A stretch of DNA of 64,000 nucleotides from the NCBI GenBank assembly GCA_030390025.1, contig CM059432.1:78618001-78682000 (forward strand), in the 5' to 3' direction. The stretch comes from Squalus acanthias (Eukaryota). The position numbers and the translations under genes are program-made. The notes below the pieces were generated by a model that saw nothing but the letters and a program-made list of their open reading frames with translations, had not been told where the DNA came from and did not search any database. Positions 47,272 through 59,439 of the stretch are shown piece after piece; the first letter of the stretch is position 1; every line of letters begins with the position of its first letter.

Positions 47272-48632
47272 TATTGCATCTTTTTTCATGTCAGAATGAG
47301 TTTCGCAACGACTTCCACCACCTGCTCCAGCCACAATGCACCTCCTCTTTAAGAGGTGCAGACTGGATTTAAGTAGTGATCGCAATGCACGATTAACCAG
47401 CGCCCATTTTCAAGGGCTATCGAAGTTAGGCCCCATAATTTCCCCAACTAAGCTTGCTTAATTGTAAGTACTTACCTTTATTTAAGGTATACTTTAAATA
47501 TATTAATTTTATTTGTGAGCATATTGTCTTGCAAGCATTGATCTTGCATAACTACATTGACTAGTTTACAGAGGGAAGTAAACTGCTCGCTGCCTTGATT
47601 TATATAGATCCATGGTGGTGAGCTCAGTCTTCAGGAAAGGCAAGTTGAGCATTTGTTTCGAATGTAAATCACCACTCAATAAATGTCTGCACCTTTTGTA
47701 TGAATTTTAAACTGTAAGAATATTCCCCTATTTAGCCAAGTTCTTAAGTGTTCTGCCCCACAGGCAAGACACAAACAATTTTAACAAACACAGTATAGGT
47801 TGAATTGCTTTTTGTTGAAACATTCATCATATATTCTCATGACAATTCATGAATCAATGGACATGATGAAACAGTGGTGATGAATCAGAAGATGCAAATA
47901 ATTTAATGTATTGCATCTGTTCCCCGACTGACTCACATGCTGAGTAAGGTAATTACTGAACATCTCCTAATGCACAGTTCACTAACAAAGCAGGCAAGTC
48001 AACATCATGGTCCTTTTGAATTCACATTACGTTGTTGGTTGGCTTCAGGGAACAAGATGGCATGCAACCTCTGAAAGCATCGCCTTAAGCCTCTCCATCT
48101 CCTGGACTTGGCAGGGGTCGGAGAATATGAGTTGGTCTGACCTCCTTTAGTAGTCGTTCTCTCCGTCATATTATGTACTGTCTTTCCTACAAAAGCAGAA
48201 GCAAGCATGGATAAACTAACATTACCAGCATGAAATCTCACAACTGCAATGTGAAGAAAGAAATGTGAAACTGGTCATGGAAGGAATTGGTAATTTTAAT
48301 CACCTGAGTGTTGGATTTAATTTAAATGTAATATTTCAAATATCAATCATATCAAGATCCTTTCTGTGGAAAAATGGTCAAAATTTCTGAAATGTAACAC
48401 CGGACTAACCGTTTTGTTGGATAGTTCTTCATAATCATAGTATGCCATCAACACCCACCAAGTTGCCACCAACCATAATTACAGGTATTATTGCACACAC
48501 CTGCCAATGGCTGTGAGGAATTGTCTGCTCAGAAGCAGAGCTGTGCTATCTGCTGGAAGGAGACCTGTTGCCAACATGCACCATATGACTCACACAGCCA
48601 GTTACAAAATAGGTCAGCTGCAGCCATAAGCC

Positions 48633-50843
48633 TTTTTTTAATTCATTCCTGGGATGTGGGCGTCGCTGGCAAGGCCAGCATTTATTGCCCACCCTTAATT
48701 GTCTTTGAGAAGGTGGTGGTGAGCCACCTTCTTGAACTGCTGCAGTCCGTGTGGTGAAGGTACTCCCACAATGCTGTTAGGGAGGGAGTTCGAGGATTTT
48801 GACACAGCGACGATGAAGGAACGACGATATATTTCCAAGTTAGGATGGTTTGTAACTTGGAGGGGAACTTGCAGGTAATGGTGTTCCCATGCGCCTGCTG
48901 CCCTTGTCCATCTACGTGGTAGAGGTCACAGGTTTGGGAGGTGCTGCCGAAGTTTGGCGAGTTGCTGCAGTGCATCTGCAGCCACGGTACGCCGGTGGTG
49001 GAGGGAGTGAATGCTTAAGGTGGTGGATGGGGTGCCAATCAAGTGGGCTGCTTTGTCCTGGATGGTATCGAGCTTCTTGAGTGTTGTTGGAGCTGCACTC
49101 ATCCAGGCAAGTGGAGAGTATTCCATCACACTCCTGACTTGTGCCTTGTAGATGGTGCAAATGCTTTGGGGAGTCAGGAGGTGAGACACTCGCCACAGAA
49201 TACCCAGCCTCTTACCTGCTCTTGTAGCCACATTTCTGATGACCCCCCCAGGATGTTGATGGTGGGAGATTCAGCGATGGTAATGCTGTTGAATGTCAAG
49301 GGGCAGTGGTTACTCTCACTTGTTGGAGATAGTCATTGCCTGGCACTTGTGTGGCGTGAATGTTACTTGTCACTTATCAGCCCAAGCCTGAATGTCGTCC
49401 AGGTCTTGCTGCATGCGGGCATGGGCTGCTTCATTATCTGAGGAGTTGCAAATGGAACTGAACACTGTGCAATCATCAGCAAACATCCCCACTTCTGACC
49501 GGTGAAGGGAAGGTCATTGATGAAGCAGATGAAGATGGTTGGGTCTAGGACACTGCCCTGAGGAACTCCTGCAGCGATGTCCTGGGGCTGAGATGATTGA
49601 CTTCCAACAACCACAACCATCTTCCTTTGTGCTAGGTATGACTCCAGCCAGTGGAGAGTTTCCCTTGATTCCCATTGACTTCAATTTTACTAGGGCTCCT
49701 TGATGCCACACTCAGTCAAATGCTGCCTTGATGTCAAGGGCAGTCACTCTCACCTCACCTCTGGAATTCAGCTCCTTTGTCCATGTTTGGACCAAGGCTG
49801 TAATGAGGTCTGGAGCCGAGTGGTCCTGGCAGAACCCAAACTGAGCATCGTTGAGCAGGTGAATAAGTGCCGCTTGATAGCACTGTCGATGACACCTTCC
49901 ATCACTTTGCTGATGATTGAGAATAGACTGATGGGGCGGTAATTGGCTGGGTCGGATTTGTCCTGCTTTTTGTGGACAGGACATACCTGGGCAGTTTTCC
50001 ACATTGTCGGATAGATGCCAGTGTTGTAGCTGTACTGGAACAGCTTGGCTAGAGGCGCGGCTATTTCTGGAGCATAGTCTTCAGCACGACTGCTGGGATG
50101 TTGTCGGGGCCCATAGACTTTGCTGTATGCAAGTGCTCAGCCATTTCCTGATGTAACGTGGAGTGAATCGAATTGGCTGAAGACTGGCTTCTATGTTGGT
50201 GGGGACCTCAGGAAGAGGCCGATATGAATCATCCACTCGGCACCTCTGGCTGAAGATAGTTGCAAACTCTTCAGCCTTGTCTTTTGCACTCGCGGCTGGG
50301 CTCCGTCATCATTGAGGATGGGGATATTCATGGAGCCTCCTCCTCCCGTTAGTTGTTTAATTGTCCACCACCATTCACGACTGGATGTGGCAGGACTGCA
50401 GAGCTTTGATCTGATCCGTTGATTGTGGGATCGCTTAACTCTGTCTATAGCATGCTGCTTCCATTGTTTAGCACACATGTAGTCCTGTGTTGCAGCTTCC
50501 CCAGGTTGGCACCTCATTTTTAAGTATGCCTGGTGCTGCTCCTGGCATGCTCTTCTGTACTCTTCATTGAATCTGGCTTGATGGTAATGGTAGAGTGTGG
50601 GGTATGCCGGGCTGTGAAGTTATAGATAGTGGTGGAATACAATTCTGCTGCCGCTGATGGCTCACAGTGCCTCATGGATGCCCAGTTTTGAGCTGCTAGA
50701 TCTGTTCTGAATCTATCCCATTTAGCACGGTGGTAGTGCCACACAACACAATGGAGGGTGTCCTCAGTGTGAAGATGGGACTTTGTCTCCACAAGGACTG
50801 TGCGGTGGTCACTGCTACCAATGCTGTCATGGACAGATGCACA
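48633..50843 (-). mobile_element. 5'-truncated second copy of the single-ORF LINE family at 14769
   Basis: Colinear homology with ~15702-17924; poly(A) tail seen as T-run at 48633-48639; fragmented RT ORFs. Confidence 0.92.
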
Positions 50844-51881
50844 GGGACTTTCTTTCCTTGGTTTTATGCTGTTAACCATCTGCCCTTGCAGCTTTGGCAA
50901 AGGCTCCTAATGGATTGAGATAGCTTTTGAGTCTTTTTAAATGCTTCCAGAATTTTTGTACCATAGTGATTATCTAATATTATAGTTGATTATTGTTCGT
51001 AGTTAACATTTCAGTGATATAATGCCTTATCGTTCTAGGACATAGTTGGCAGTAAGCTATGGCATGCCTGTGTTTTTTATCCATTTCCACAGGTTACCTG
51101 GTTGTAAAAAGGTCAGTAGACTCAGTCTCCATTCTGTGTTTCCCTGCAATAAATTATGTTCCTTCCCCCACATACAGATGATGTGACCTTATTGTGTTAA
51201 TATTTTGATACATACCAAAAAGGTGGGTTTTACTTAATGCAATTTAATTAGATTTGTGGAACTAAAAGTTCGATAGCGTAGCGCCCGTTGTTTGGGTGCT
51301 ACGGCTGCCGTTTTCAGTTCGAGTCGTGCGTGCACAATTCTGGTGTGGGCCGTGCCAGACGCCACCTTGATGAAGGCATTAGCGTTGGCGATGGAAGCGT
51401 GCGCCAGAGTATGTAGAGTAGGCAGATAGTGACGTCAATCAGCGAGCAACGCTGATTTGACACCAGCACTGCCATTTTCATTCTCAACACTGGAAATAAC
51501 GCCCTGTGTTCATGTGTTCAGCAGCTGCAAGGACCCCCTACCAGCAATATTTAAAGGGATCATCAACCACTCTCAGGTCAGTTGTTGATTAATTTCTACT
51601 GGCTCTGTGTAAGATTGTGGAAGTGTTTGCAGCTTTCTAGAGCTGTTTAAAGTTGGTGAGGGAGTGGTGGTGCAAGCGGATAAGGCCTTACCTCTGACTT
51701 CAAGGTTTCTGGTCAGACTACTTGATCCCAATCATGGGCGATGTTCCCGTTGGAGGTCGCGCACAGGCCGCTTGCCGGCTTCACAATGGGAAAAATCGCA
51801 CGTGCACGGAAATTTGAATGGGCCACGCAGCCCCTTAAAGGAGTCGTGCACCCAAAAAATAAATTAAAGGGAACATTGGTC

Positions 51882-53081
51882 ATGGGTGCTCTACATCCTC
51901 CTTGGCCTGCAGCATGGCAAGGAGGTGGAGCAGAAGCAGCAAAGAAGAGGACAAGCTGCTCACAGAAGGAGGAGGAGGGGGAGAAGAGCTCTCAGCAGGA
52001 TCCTTACCCACCTAGGGTCTTCTGAGAGCAATTCTCTTACCTCAACCTGAGCCAGGAGCAGTGTGTGAGGCGCCTGCGCTTTATGAAGGAGGTGCTCACA
52101 GAACTCTGCCACCTCTTGCAACCAGACCTGCAGCTTCACACCAGGGCAAGGACAGCGCTGCCAGTGGCTGTGAAGGGGAGCGTGGCCCTGAATTTCCTTG
52201 CGTCGGGATCTTTCCAGGCTGGAGCAGGCGACATCTGTAACATCTCCCAGTTCACTGCATTAGAGAGGTGACAGACGCTCTTTATGCCAGGAGAAGGGAC
52301 TTCATTGTCTTCTCTCTGACCAGAGAGAAGCAGGCGGAGCGTGCACATGGCTTTGCCAGGATAGCGGGCTTCCCATGGTGCAGGGCACCATCAACTGCAC
52401 ACACGTGGCTTTGCGGGCACCACATCTAAATGCTGAGATGTACCGCAACCGCAATGGTTACCACTCGCTGAATGTGCAGTTGGTGTGCGACAATGGTCAG
52501 CATACCATGATGGTGAATGCCCGGTGTCCTGGCAGCAGTTATGATGTTTTTATTCTGTGCCAGCCCGCTGTTCGCTCAGTCTTTGAGCCACCACAACAAA
52601 CTAGAGGGTGGCTACTAGGCGACAAGGGCTATCTGCTGACAACCTGGCTCCTGACTCCACTCCGCAACCCAACCACATGTGGGCAGCATGCGTACAATGA
52701 GAGCCATGCTGTCATATGGAATCTGATAGGGCAGATCATCGGCGTGCTTAAGCAATGCTTCTGCTGCCTGGACCGCTCTGGAGGATCCCTGCAGTACTCA
52801 CCAGAACACTTCTCAAGATTTGTCATGGTCGGTTGCATGCTCCATAACTTCGCCTGCATGAGGGCACAGACCTTGCCACCAGACATACGGCGACCAGCTG
52901 AGGAGGAGGAGGAAAAGGAGGAGGAGAAGGAGGAGGAAGCGGAATAGGAGGAGGAGGAGGAGGAAGAGGAAGCGAAGAGGAGGAAGCAGAAGAGGAGGAA
53001 GCGGAAGGGAGGAGGCAACCCAGACAGCCCCTTTCTGCCTGGGCTGTCCGTGATCGGCTCATCCAACTGCGGTACGCGTGA
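51882..53081 (+). pseudogene. Harbinger transposase remnant (copy E)
   Basis: ALNFLASGSFQ, GTINCTHVAL (catalytic D->N), WLLGDKGY, CMLHN; frameshifts; long Glu-rich tail. Confidence 0.88.
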
Positions 53082-53227
53082 ACGCAACCCCAATTCCCCA
53101 ATCAACATTTGTCCCACACCTTACCTTCCCTCTGTTACTGACCATCACAGCATCCTCTTGGCCACAATGCTGAAATAAAAGCCACCACAAAAGAAACATT
53201 CCAATCAAACTTTATCCATCAATCCCT

Positions 53228-55155
53228 CAGGATGACAGCAGTTTTGTCCTTCACGGAGCCAATGCCACTCTCCTGGGGCGGCGCCTCAGCATTCTTAGCC
53301 ATCTGTTGGAGGACAGATTGCTGGAATGCTGTGACACCCTGCAAGCCCCTTTCCACACTGGTAAACCCAGCCAAGATGGCAGCAATCTGAGCTTGTGTGG
53401 CTGCAGAAGAGCAGTCTGAGCTTCCATTGCAGCACTCAGATGGAGGGTGGCTTGTCCTTGTGCTGCAATGGAGGCTGAGACATCAGACATCAGACGCTGC
53501 ATCATGGTTGGGTCCACAAGTGCACTAATGGATCTGCTCATGCCATCCTGCTGGAAAGGATGGGCTACAAGCTCTGCGCAAAGCCCTGTGCCAAGTTGAT
53601 GCCAGACTCCTCCATACTCTGTGACATTGCACTCAGGCTTTCTGGTAGGCCTGCATGCCCATCAGCGTTCTTCTGCAGGCCGCAACATCAAAGTCCTCAT
53701 CTGAGTCTTCTGCAGCAGAACTCGTGTGAGACCTCGTCCTCCAGGTTGCTGGCACCTGCACCACCCTTTCCCCCTGCCCTGGCTGTAGCCCACGCATGCC
53801 CGGTGACTCACCATGTGCAGGTCCCGCCTCTAAGTTACACTCTAAACTCCATGCAGTGGCAGTATCTGAGCTGGTGCTGCAACTGTCAGATCAAGTGACG
53901 GTGTTTCTTCTTCATTATCACTCTCCTCTCCCTCTTCTTGTACAACCACTGGCTGGGCAGGTTAGATTTCTTGGGTATCTGAAATGAGAAAGGCACAAGG
54001 TTGTGGTGAGCAGGAGTGGGGGAAGCAATAGGTGCATGCTTACACCATGTGCAGATTGTAAATCAGAAGAGATTGTGGGATGAGGGGGAAGTGGGATGTG
54101 AGAAAGAAAGAAAGAAAGACTTGCATTTATATAGCACCTTTCACAACCACCGGACGTCTCAAAGAGCTCTACAGCCAATGAAGTACTTTTGAGGTGTAGT
54201 CATTGTTGTAATGTAGGAAACATGGCAGCCAATTTGCACACAGCAAGCTCCCACAAACAGTAATGTGATAATGACCAGATAATCTGTTTTTAGTGATCTT
54301 GATTGAGGGATAATATTGGCCAGGACACCAGGGATAACTCCCCTGCTCTCCTTCCCTCAGTACTGTACTGGAGTGTCAGCCTAGATTTTTGTGCTCAAGT
54401 CACTGGAGCGGGACTTGAACCCACAACCTTCTGACTCAGAGGCGAGGGTGCTACCCTAATGTATGAGGATGCTGGCATCTTGTACTCTTTCAGCCCCATT
54501 ACTGGCCATGGGCTCAGCCATACCCCTCCCAAGCATGGCCAGCACTGTCTCCTTCAAGGGTGTGAGGTGATGCAGACGAGCCTGTCTCCTACCGGTTAGG
54601 TTCTGCTGGCACTGGTTGCCACCTTCTCCTGCAAGAGAAAGGGACGTGTGTCAGTGAGTGTGGTCCAATGTGTTTGGGTGATGTGTGTGTCATGGTTGAA
54701 TAGCTGACAGTATGTGCGAGCTGTGAGATGCGGGTGTGAAGCTTACAGCAGTGGTAAGTGTGTGAGTGTGAGGTGAAGCTATGAATGTGAGGTATGAGTC
54801 GTGTTTGATAGAGATTGTTGGTAGTTGAGTGATGGGGGTGTGGTGAATTGAGTAGTATGTGAAGCTGGTAGTGCATATGGTGGGATATGGCATTTGAAGA
54901 TGCATTCACTGATCTTGGCCACTTGTGTAAGGTCATTAAACTACTTCCTGCACTGCGTCCAGGTCCTCGGGGCAACACTGCTGGCATTCACCACAGTGGC
55001 TATCTGCTCCCATTGCACTTTGGTCTGATGCCTGGAGGGCCTCCTGGCCGCCTATGGAAAGAGGACTTATCTCCTCCTATTGACCTCCTACACCAAGACC
55101 TCCAGTGCTGCATCGGAAAACCTTAGTGCGCACTCTCTCCCCTGTTGTATCATCA
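53228..55155 (-). pseudogene. Myb/SANT-like gene remnant of copy E
   Basis: Homologous to the A/D Myb gene including introns; exon 1 donor mutated. Confidence 0.78.
54102..54456 (-). mobile_element. tRNA-derived DeuSINE (SacSINE1-like) with internal deletion, in intron of copy E
   Basis: B box (rc of gggacttgaaccc); Deu-domain-like ggtgtcctggccaata..cagattatctggtcattatcac; (TTTC)n tail. Family name is from recall, not a search. Confidence 0.75.
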
Positions 55156-55816
55156 TGAATTGATTTTTTGCACTGTCTTCCTCAGCCAGTTGAATGATGA
55201 TCTGCAGGCAGAATGCACCTCCTCTTTAAGAGGTGCAGACTGCCTTTAAATAGTGCAGGCTAGCTTTAATTGGTGCTAGCCTCGCACAAACTTGGGTCTC
55301 CTGCTGAGCATCCAGAGACTCAGCAGTGTGTTCAGCGCTGGGATGAATGCCAATCATGGAACTGGCGCGGGTTGCTAGCGCATCGCGATCCCTGCACCCG
55401 TTTGTGGGGCAAACGAATTTCTAGGCCGTAGTGTTTATAATGGTAAACACTGGAGTCAAATTGGCTGATTTCATTTTTAGTTGACTTGGTTCCCATTTGC
55501 CACTTTAAACATGGTTTAAGTACAAGGCTTTTTTAGTCAGAATAAAGATCTGTACAAATCTACCTTCACCACATTCTGATCTCTGAGGTTATCTCAGCAT
55601 AAAGAACCACCATCTCAGGGGTAATTTTCTAGCCAGAATTAATTCCCATACAGGTTCATAGTGGGCTTATAAAAAATATAATTGGAAACATTTTCCAATC
55701 ACTAACGTTGATATCAGAAGATGGGGTGAATAACTCGATCGTAGGTGTCTGCCCTTAACGCACAATGCTGGCACTTCCAGGCAGATGAAACTCTGAACAA
55801 AAACATGGAAATGAGA

Positions 55817-56528
55817 CATAGAAACATAGAACAGTACAGCACAGTACAGGCCCTTCGGCCCTCGATGTTGTGCCGAGCATTGTCCGAGACCAAGATCAAG
55901 CTATCACACTCCCTATCACTCTGGTGTGCTCCATGTGCTTATCCAATAACCGCTTGAAAGTTCCTAAAGTGTCCGACTCCACTATCACAGCAGGCAGTCC
56001 ATTCCACACCCCAACCACTCTCTGAGTAAAGAATCTACCTCGGACATCCCTTCTATATCTCCCCCCATGCACCTTATAGTTATGCCCCCTTGTAACAGCT
56101 GCCTCTACCCGAGGAAATAGTCTCTGAACATCCACTCTATCTATCCCCCTCATCATCTTATAAACCTCTATTAAGTCGCCTCTCATCCTCCTCCGCTCTA
56201 AAGAGAAAAGCCCCAACTCCCTCAATCTTTCCTCATAAGACCTCCCCCCCAAACCAGGCAGCATCCTGGTAAATCTCCTTTGCACTCTTTCCAATGCTTC
56301 CACGTCCTTCCTATAGTGAGGTGACCAGAACTGCACACAATATTCCAAATGTGGTCTCACCAAGGTCCTGTACAGTTGCAGCATAACCTCACGGTTCTTA
56401 AACTCAAACCCTCTGTTAATAAACGCCAACACACCATAGGCCTTCTTTACTGCTCTATCCACTTGAGTGGCAACCTTCAGAGATCTGTGGATATGAACCC
56501 CCAGATCCCTCTGCTCCTCCACGTTCCC
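55817..56528 (-). mobile_element. Young 5'-truncated CR1/HER1-like LINE, open ORF2 C-terminus
   Basis: 7-bp TSD AATGAGA (55810-55816, 56529-56535); uninterrupted frame EEQRDLGV...LVRPHLEYCVQFWSP...FKRLLDKHM. Confidence 0.92.
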
Positions 56529-56715
56529 AATGAGATTGAGGTAAATGTATATGCAACATCCCGTAATGCTTACAAGGAATGCACTGTCCATCAGTGTTAC
56601 CAGTATAAAGCAGGCATTGCAGGAATGGCCTTTCACAAAGTCAGCATTTAAAGGAAAACCAGTAAAGGTAACTAGCTGAAGAACAAACTACAATTTCAAT
56701 GTAGATATATGATAC

Positions 56716-57720
56716 TAAAACAAAAGCAAAATACTGCGGATGCTGGAAATCTGAAATAAAAACAGAAAATGCTGGAAACACTCAGCAGGTCAAGTATCAT
56801 CTGTGGAGAGAGAAACAGAGTTAAAGGCCCCGATATTTATGGGGAGGGAGCGGGGGAGCGTGTTTGCTGGGGGGAAACCTGGGAATGCTGGGAATGTGGC
56901 AGTACTGCTGAATTTAACAGCAGGACCATGTTATAAATTTTTTACTCCGGTCTCACCTGGCAACTGGCCAGATTGACAAGCTGGCCAGCTGCCGGCCGGG
57001 CAAGCCAGCAGTCGAAGGCTGCAGCCGGGGATGCTTGGGGACGGTCCCTGGCAATTGGAAGAGAGGAGGAATTTTGAATCATCGCGATTTAGAGGGAGGG
57101 ATCAGCCGATCGCGGCACAATATTTGCTTAAGGGGCCGGGGGAAGCACTCCTGTTTCTCCTGGCCCAAGCAATGATATAAAAAGCACTTAGCTGCTAGAA
57201 TCCAGCTGCTCCCATCTCCCTTTAGCTGATAGGTTCCCAAGCCCTGGGAAAACTGTCCAGACAACATTAAATTTAAATGGCTGGCAAAATATCAGGAACA
57301 AAGCCTCATTTACATATTCTAACCACATACCCGTCTCTCTAGATCGGGTTACTCGGACACAGCCAATCCCATCGCAGTTAAAAGGGAAGCAGGCGTGTTG
57401 GGGTCGGGTTTTGTAAATTTGCCAATGTTTCATGTCGATGACCTTTCATCAGAACTGGAAGATGTTAGAGATGAACAGCTATTAAGCAAGTACAGAGCCT
57501 AGGAAAAGGGGCCGAGGAGCAGGAAAAGGACCAATGGGAGAGGTCTGTGATAGGGTGGAGGGCAGGAGTGATTAAAGGGACGATAGTGCAAGGCAAATGA
57601 GTTGATAAGGAGACAAGTAGAAACAAAAGATGTGTCCAAAGGAGGTGTAAATGTTTACAGCAGAATAGCAGAGTACGAGGGAAGCATGGAAAATCTGGCA
57701 AAGAGATGGGTCCCATGGCT
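56716..57720 (-). mobile_element. Penelope terminal-repeat fragment split within its hammerhead by a ~600-bp insertion (~56826-57423)
   Basis: 56716-56824 and 57424-~57720 rejoin to match 1765-2100; the insertion starts with TIR-like GGCCCCGATATTT. Confidence 0.75.
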
Positions 57721-59439
57721 CAGGAATGTGATGGAAGAAAGGTGGGTAAACCCCAGGGATGCGGAGCAACTGGCTGTGTATCAATAGGGGATCCCCACCC
57801 CAAGTACCAGCCCACAACTCCTCCACTTCCAGTGGCTCTGGTGCAGCCATCCTCCATTACCAGCACCTGTTGTCTGACAGAAAATGGAAGTGGTGGTTAG
57901 ACCCAGTGCACCCTCCTGTAAGTCACTAGTTAAGTCCTCCAGGGTAGATAAATGGTGCGGTGCTTGCAGCTCTTAGTGACCGGAGTTATTCACAAAATTT
58001 ATATAGGTTTGATCCCAGAAGATTTGGCGGGATCAATCATCCTGCATTCCCACTCATTTGGTGAACATTGCAAAGAATACACCCAACTGTGTAGGACAGG
58101 AGTGGGGGTTTACCAAAATGAAACATACGTTTCTAGTGCAGAATTGGGTAAGGAGGAATCTATTTAAGTGAGGCGTATAGTTAAGCAAAATATCTCACCA
58201 TCTATTACTGCAATAAACTGGACCAGACTCCTACTTAAAGGGGAAGAAAATTCCATGTAAAGTACTTTCTATTCAAAGTATACGCCTATGTTGGTGTAAT
58301 AAACAAATATAAAGGCCAACTTTCCTTCTCTTTCTCCCCGCTCCCCCCCCCATCCCCACCAGCCTGAGCATGAGTCAGACGGAGTGCACACAGGCTCCGC
58401 TTGACCTGAATATTCCCTGTGTGCAGGTTGAAGGCTGTCCGGACATACCCCATGTGTAGGTCCACTCCTTGATATGGTCTTGCAGCTAGAAATGGGGCCA
58501 CAAATCCAATCACTGACTCTGAGGCCTGCATCAGTAGTAATGGTCACTGGATTTGGGGCCTTTTGGCTTCTGTTCCAAAACAGAAGGCCTCAGCCCCAAA
58601 GATCCAATGGGGAATATAAATAAAATTGACCTTTACCTTCTTGGGCCCTCCGTAGCCTTGCTGCCTGACCCTCCTTCACAGTTCCTCTGATCTGTTGGGG
58701 GTATGGTGCAAGTACCAAGGACCTTTATTTGTCTCCCACCTCAGTTAGCTAGGTCTCTGTTTGGACCTTTGCCGAGCAGACACCTAGGAAAGTGAGACAG
58801 ATGGCATGGAGACATCCCTCTCACCTCATTTGCATGGCCTCTGAACCCTTGCGCCTGCTACAGGAACAAGAACTTGACCCGCCTTCAGGAGAAACCCTGG
58901 AAGTACGAGGGCAATGCAAAGGGGGCGCAGACCTGCCGGGACAGATCTCCATTCCTTTTTCCATTGGCTTGGAGTCAAAAAACGCAAACATTTCCTGACT
59001 ACAAAACAGAGGGAAATCTCTTCGATACCGTTATTAAAATACTTGGGATTACATTTGACTGAGCTGCTATGAATTTTCAGCATTTACCTGTTTTTATTTT
59101 GCAAAAATATTCTTTGCCCTTTTCAAAATACCTGGACCAAAGGAGACCACCATTTCAGTTTCCTTCTCTCCAGACACACAATGGTAACATTACTGATGGG
59201 AAGGGCCTACCATTGTTCCAAAGTGACTCCAATCTGTTTAATGTGCATGCAACCTGGAAACCTAACTGGAGCCACCCAAACCCTAGATAACCTAATGCTG
59301 GTTGGGTACTGTTGCATAAGAACAATGAATATGTTATATCTTTTTAACATTTACATTGAAAGAGCACTTTGAACAGAATGTATTCCCCCAAGACTGTCCT
59401 TGCTCTTTTAATTTGACTACACCAGTTTAAAATTCTCCA

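Larger units (their letters stand above)
33398..47433. mobile_element. Harbinger copy D (transposase +, Myb-like -), same family as A, split by nested insertions
   Basis: Own segments 33398-33749, 38869-40069, 45268-46428 and 46603-47433 rejoin colinearly with copies A/E; ends ggtgcgcaaaattcg / cgaagttaggccc; probable TSD CAT. Confidence 0.88.
51259..55427. mobile_element. Harbinger copy E (transposase +, Myb-like -), decayed
   Basis: Degenerate TIRs gaactaaaagttcg / cgaatttctaggcc; colinear with A/D. Confidence 0.85.

Noticed and set aside
52375..52947. Possible host HARBI1 gene
   Set aside because: One of several decayed copies inside TIR-bounded elements with catalytic substitutions; transposon relic, not the domesticated gene
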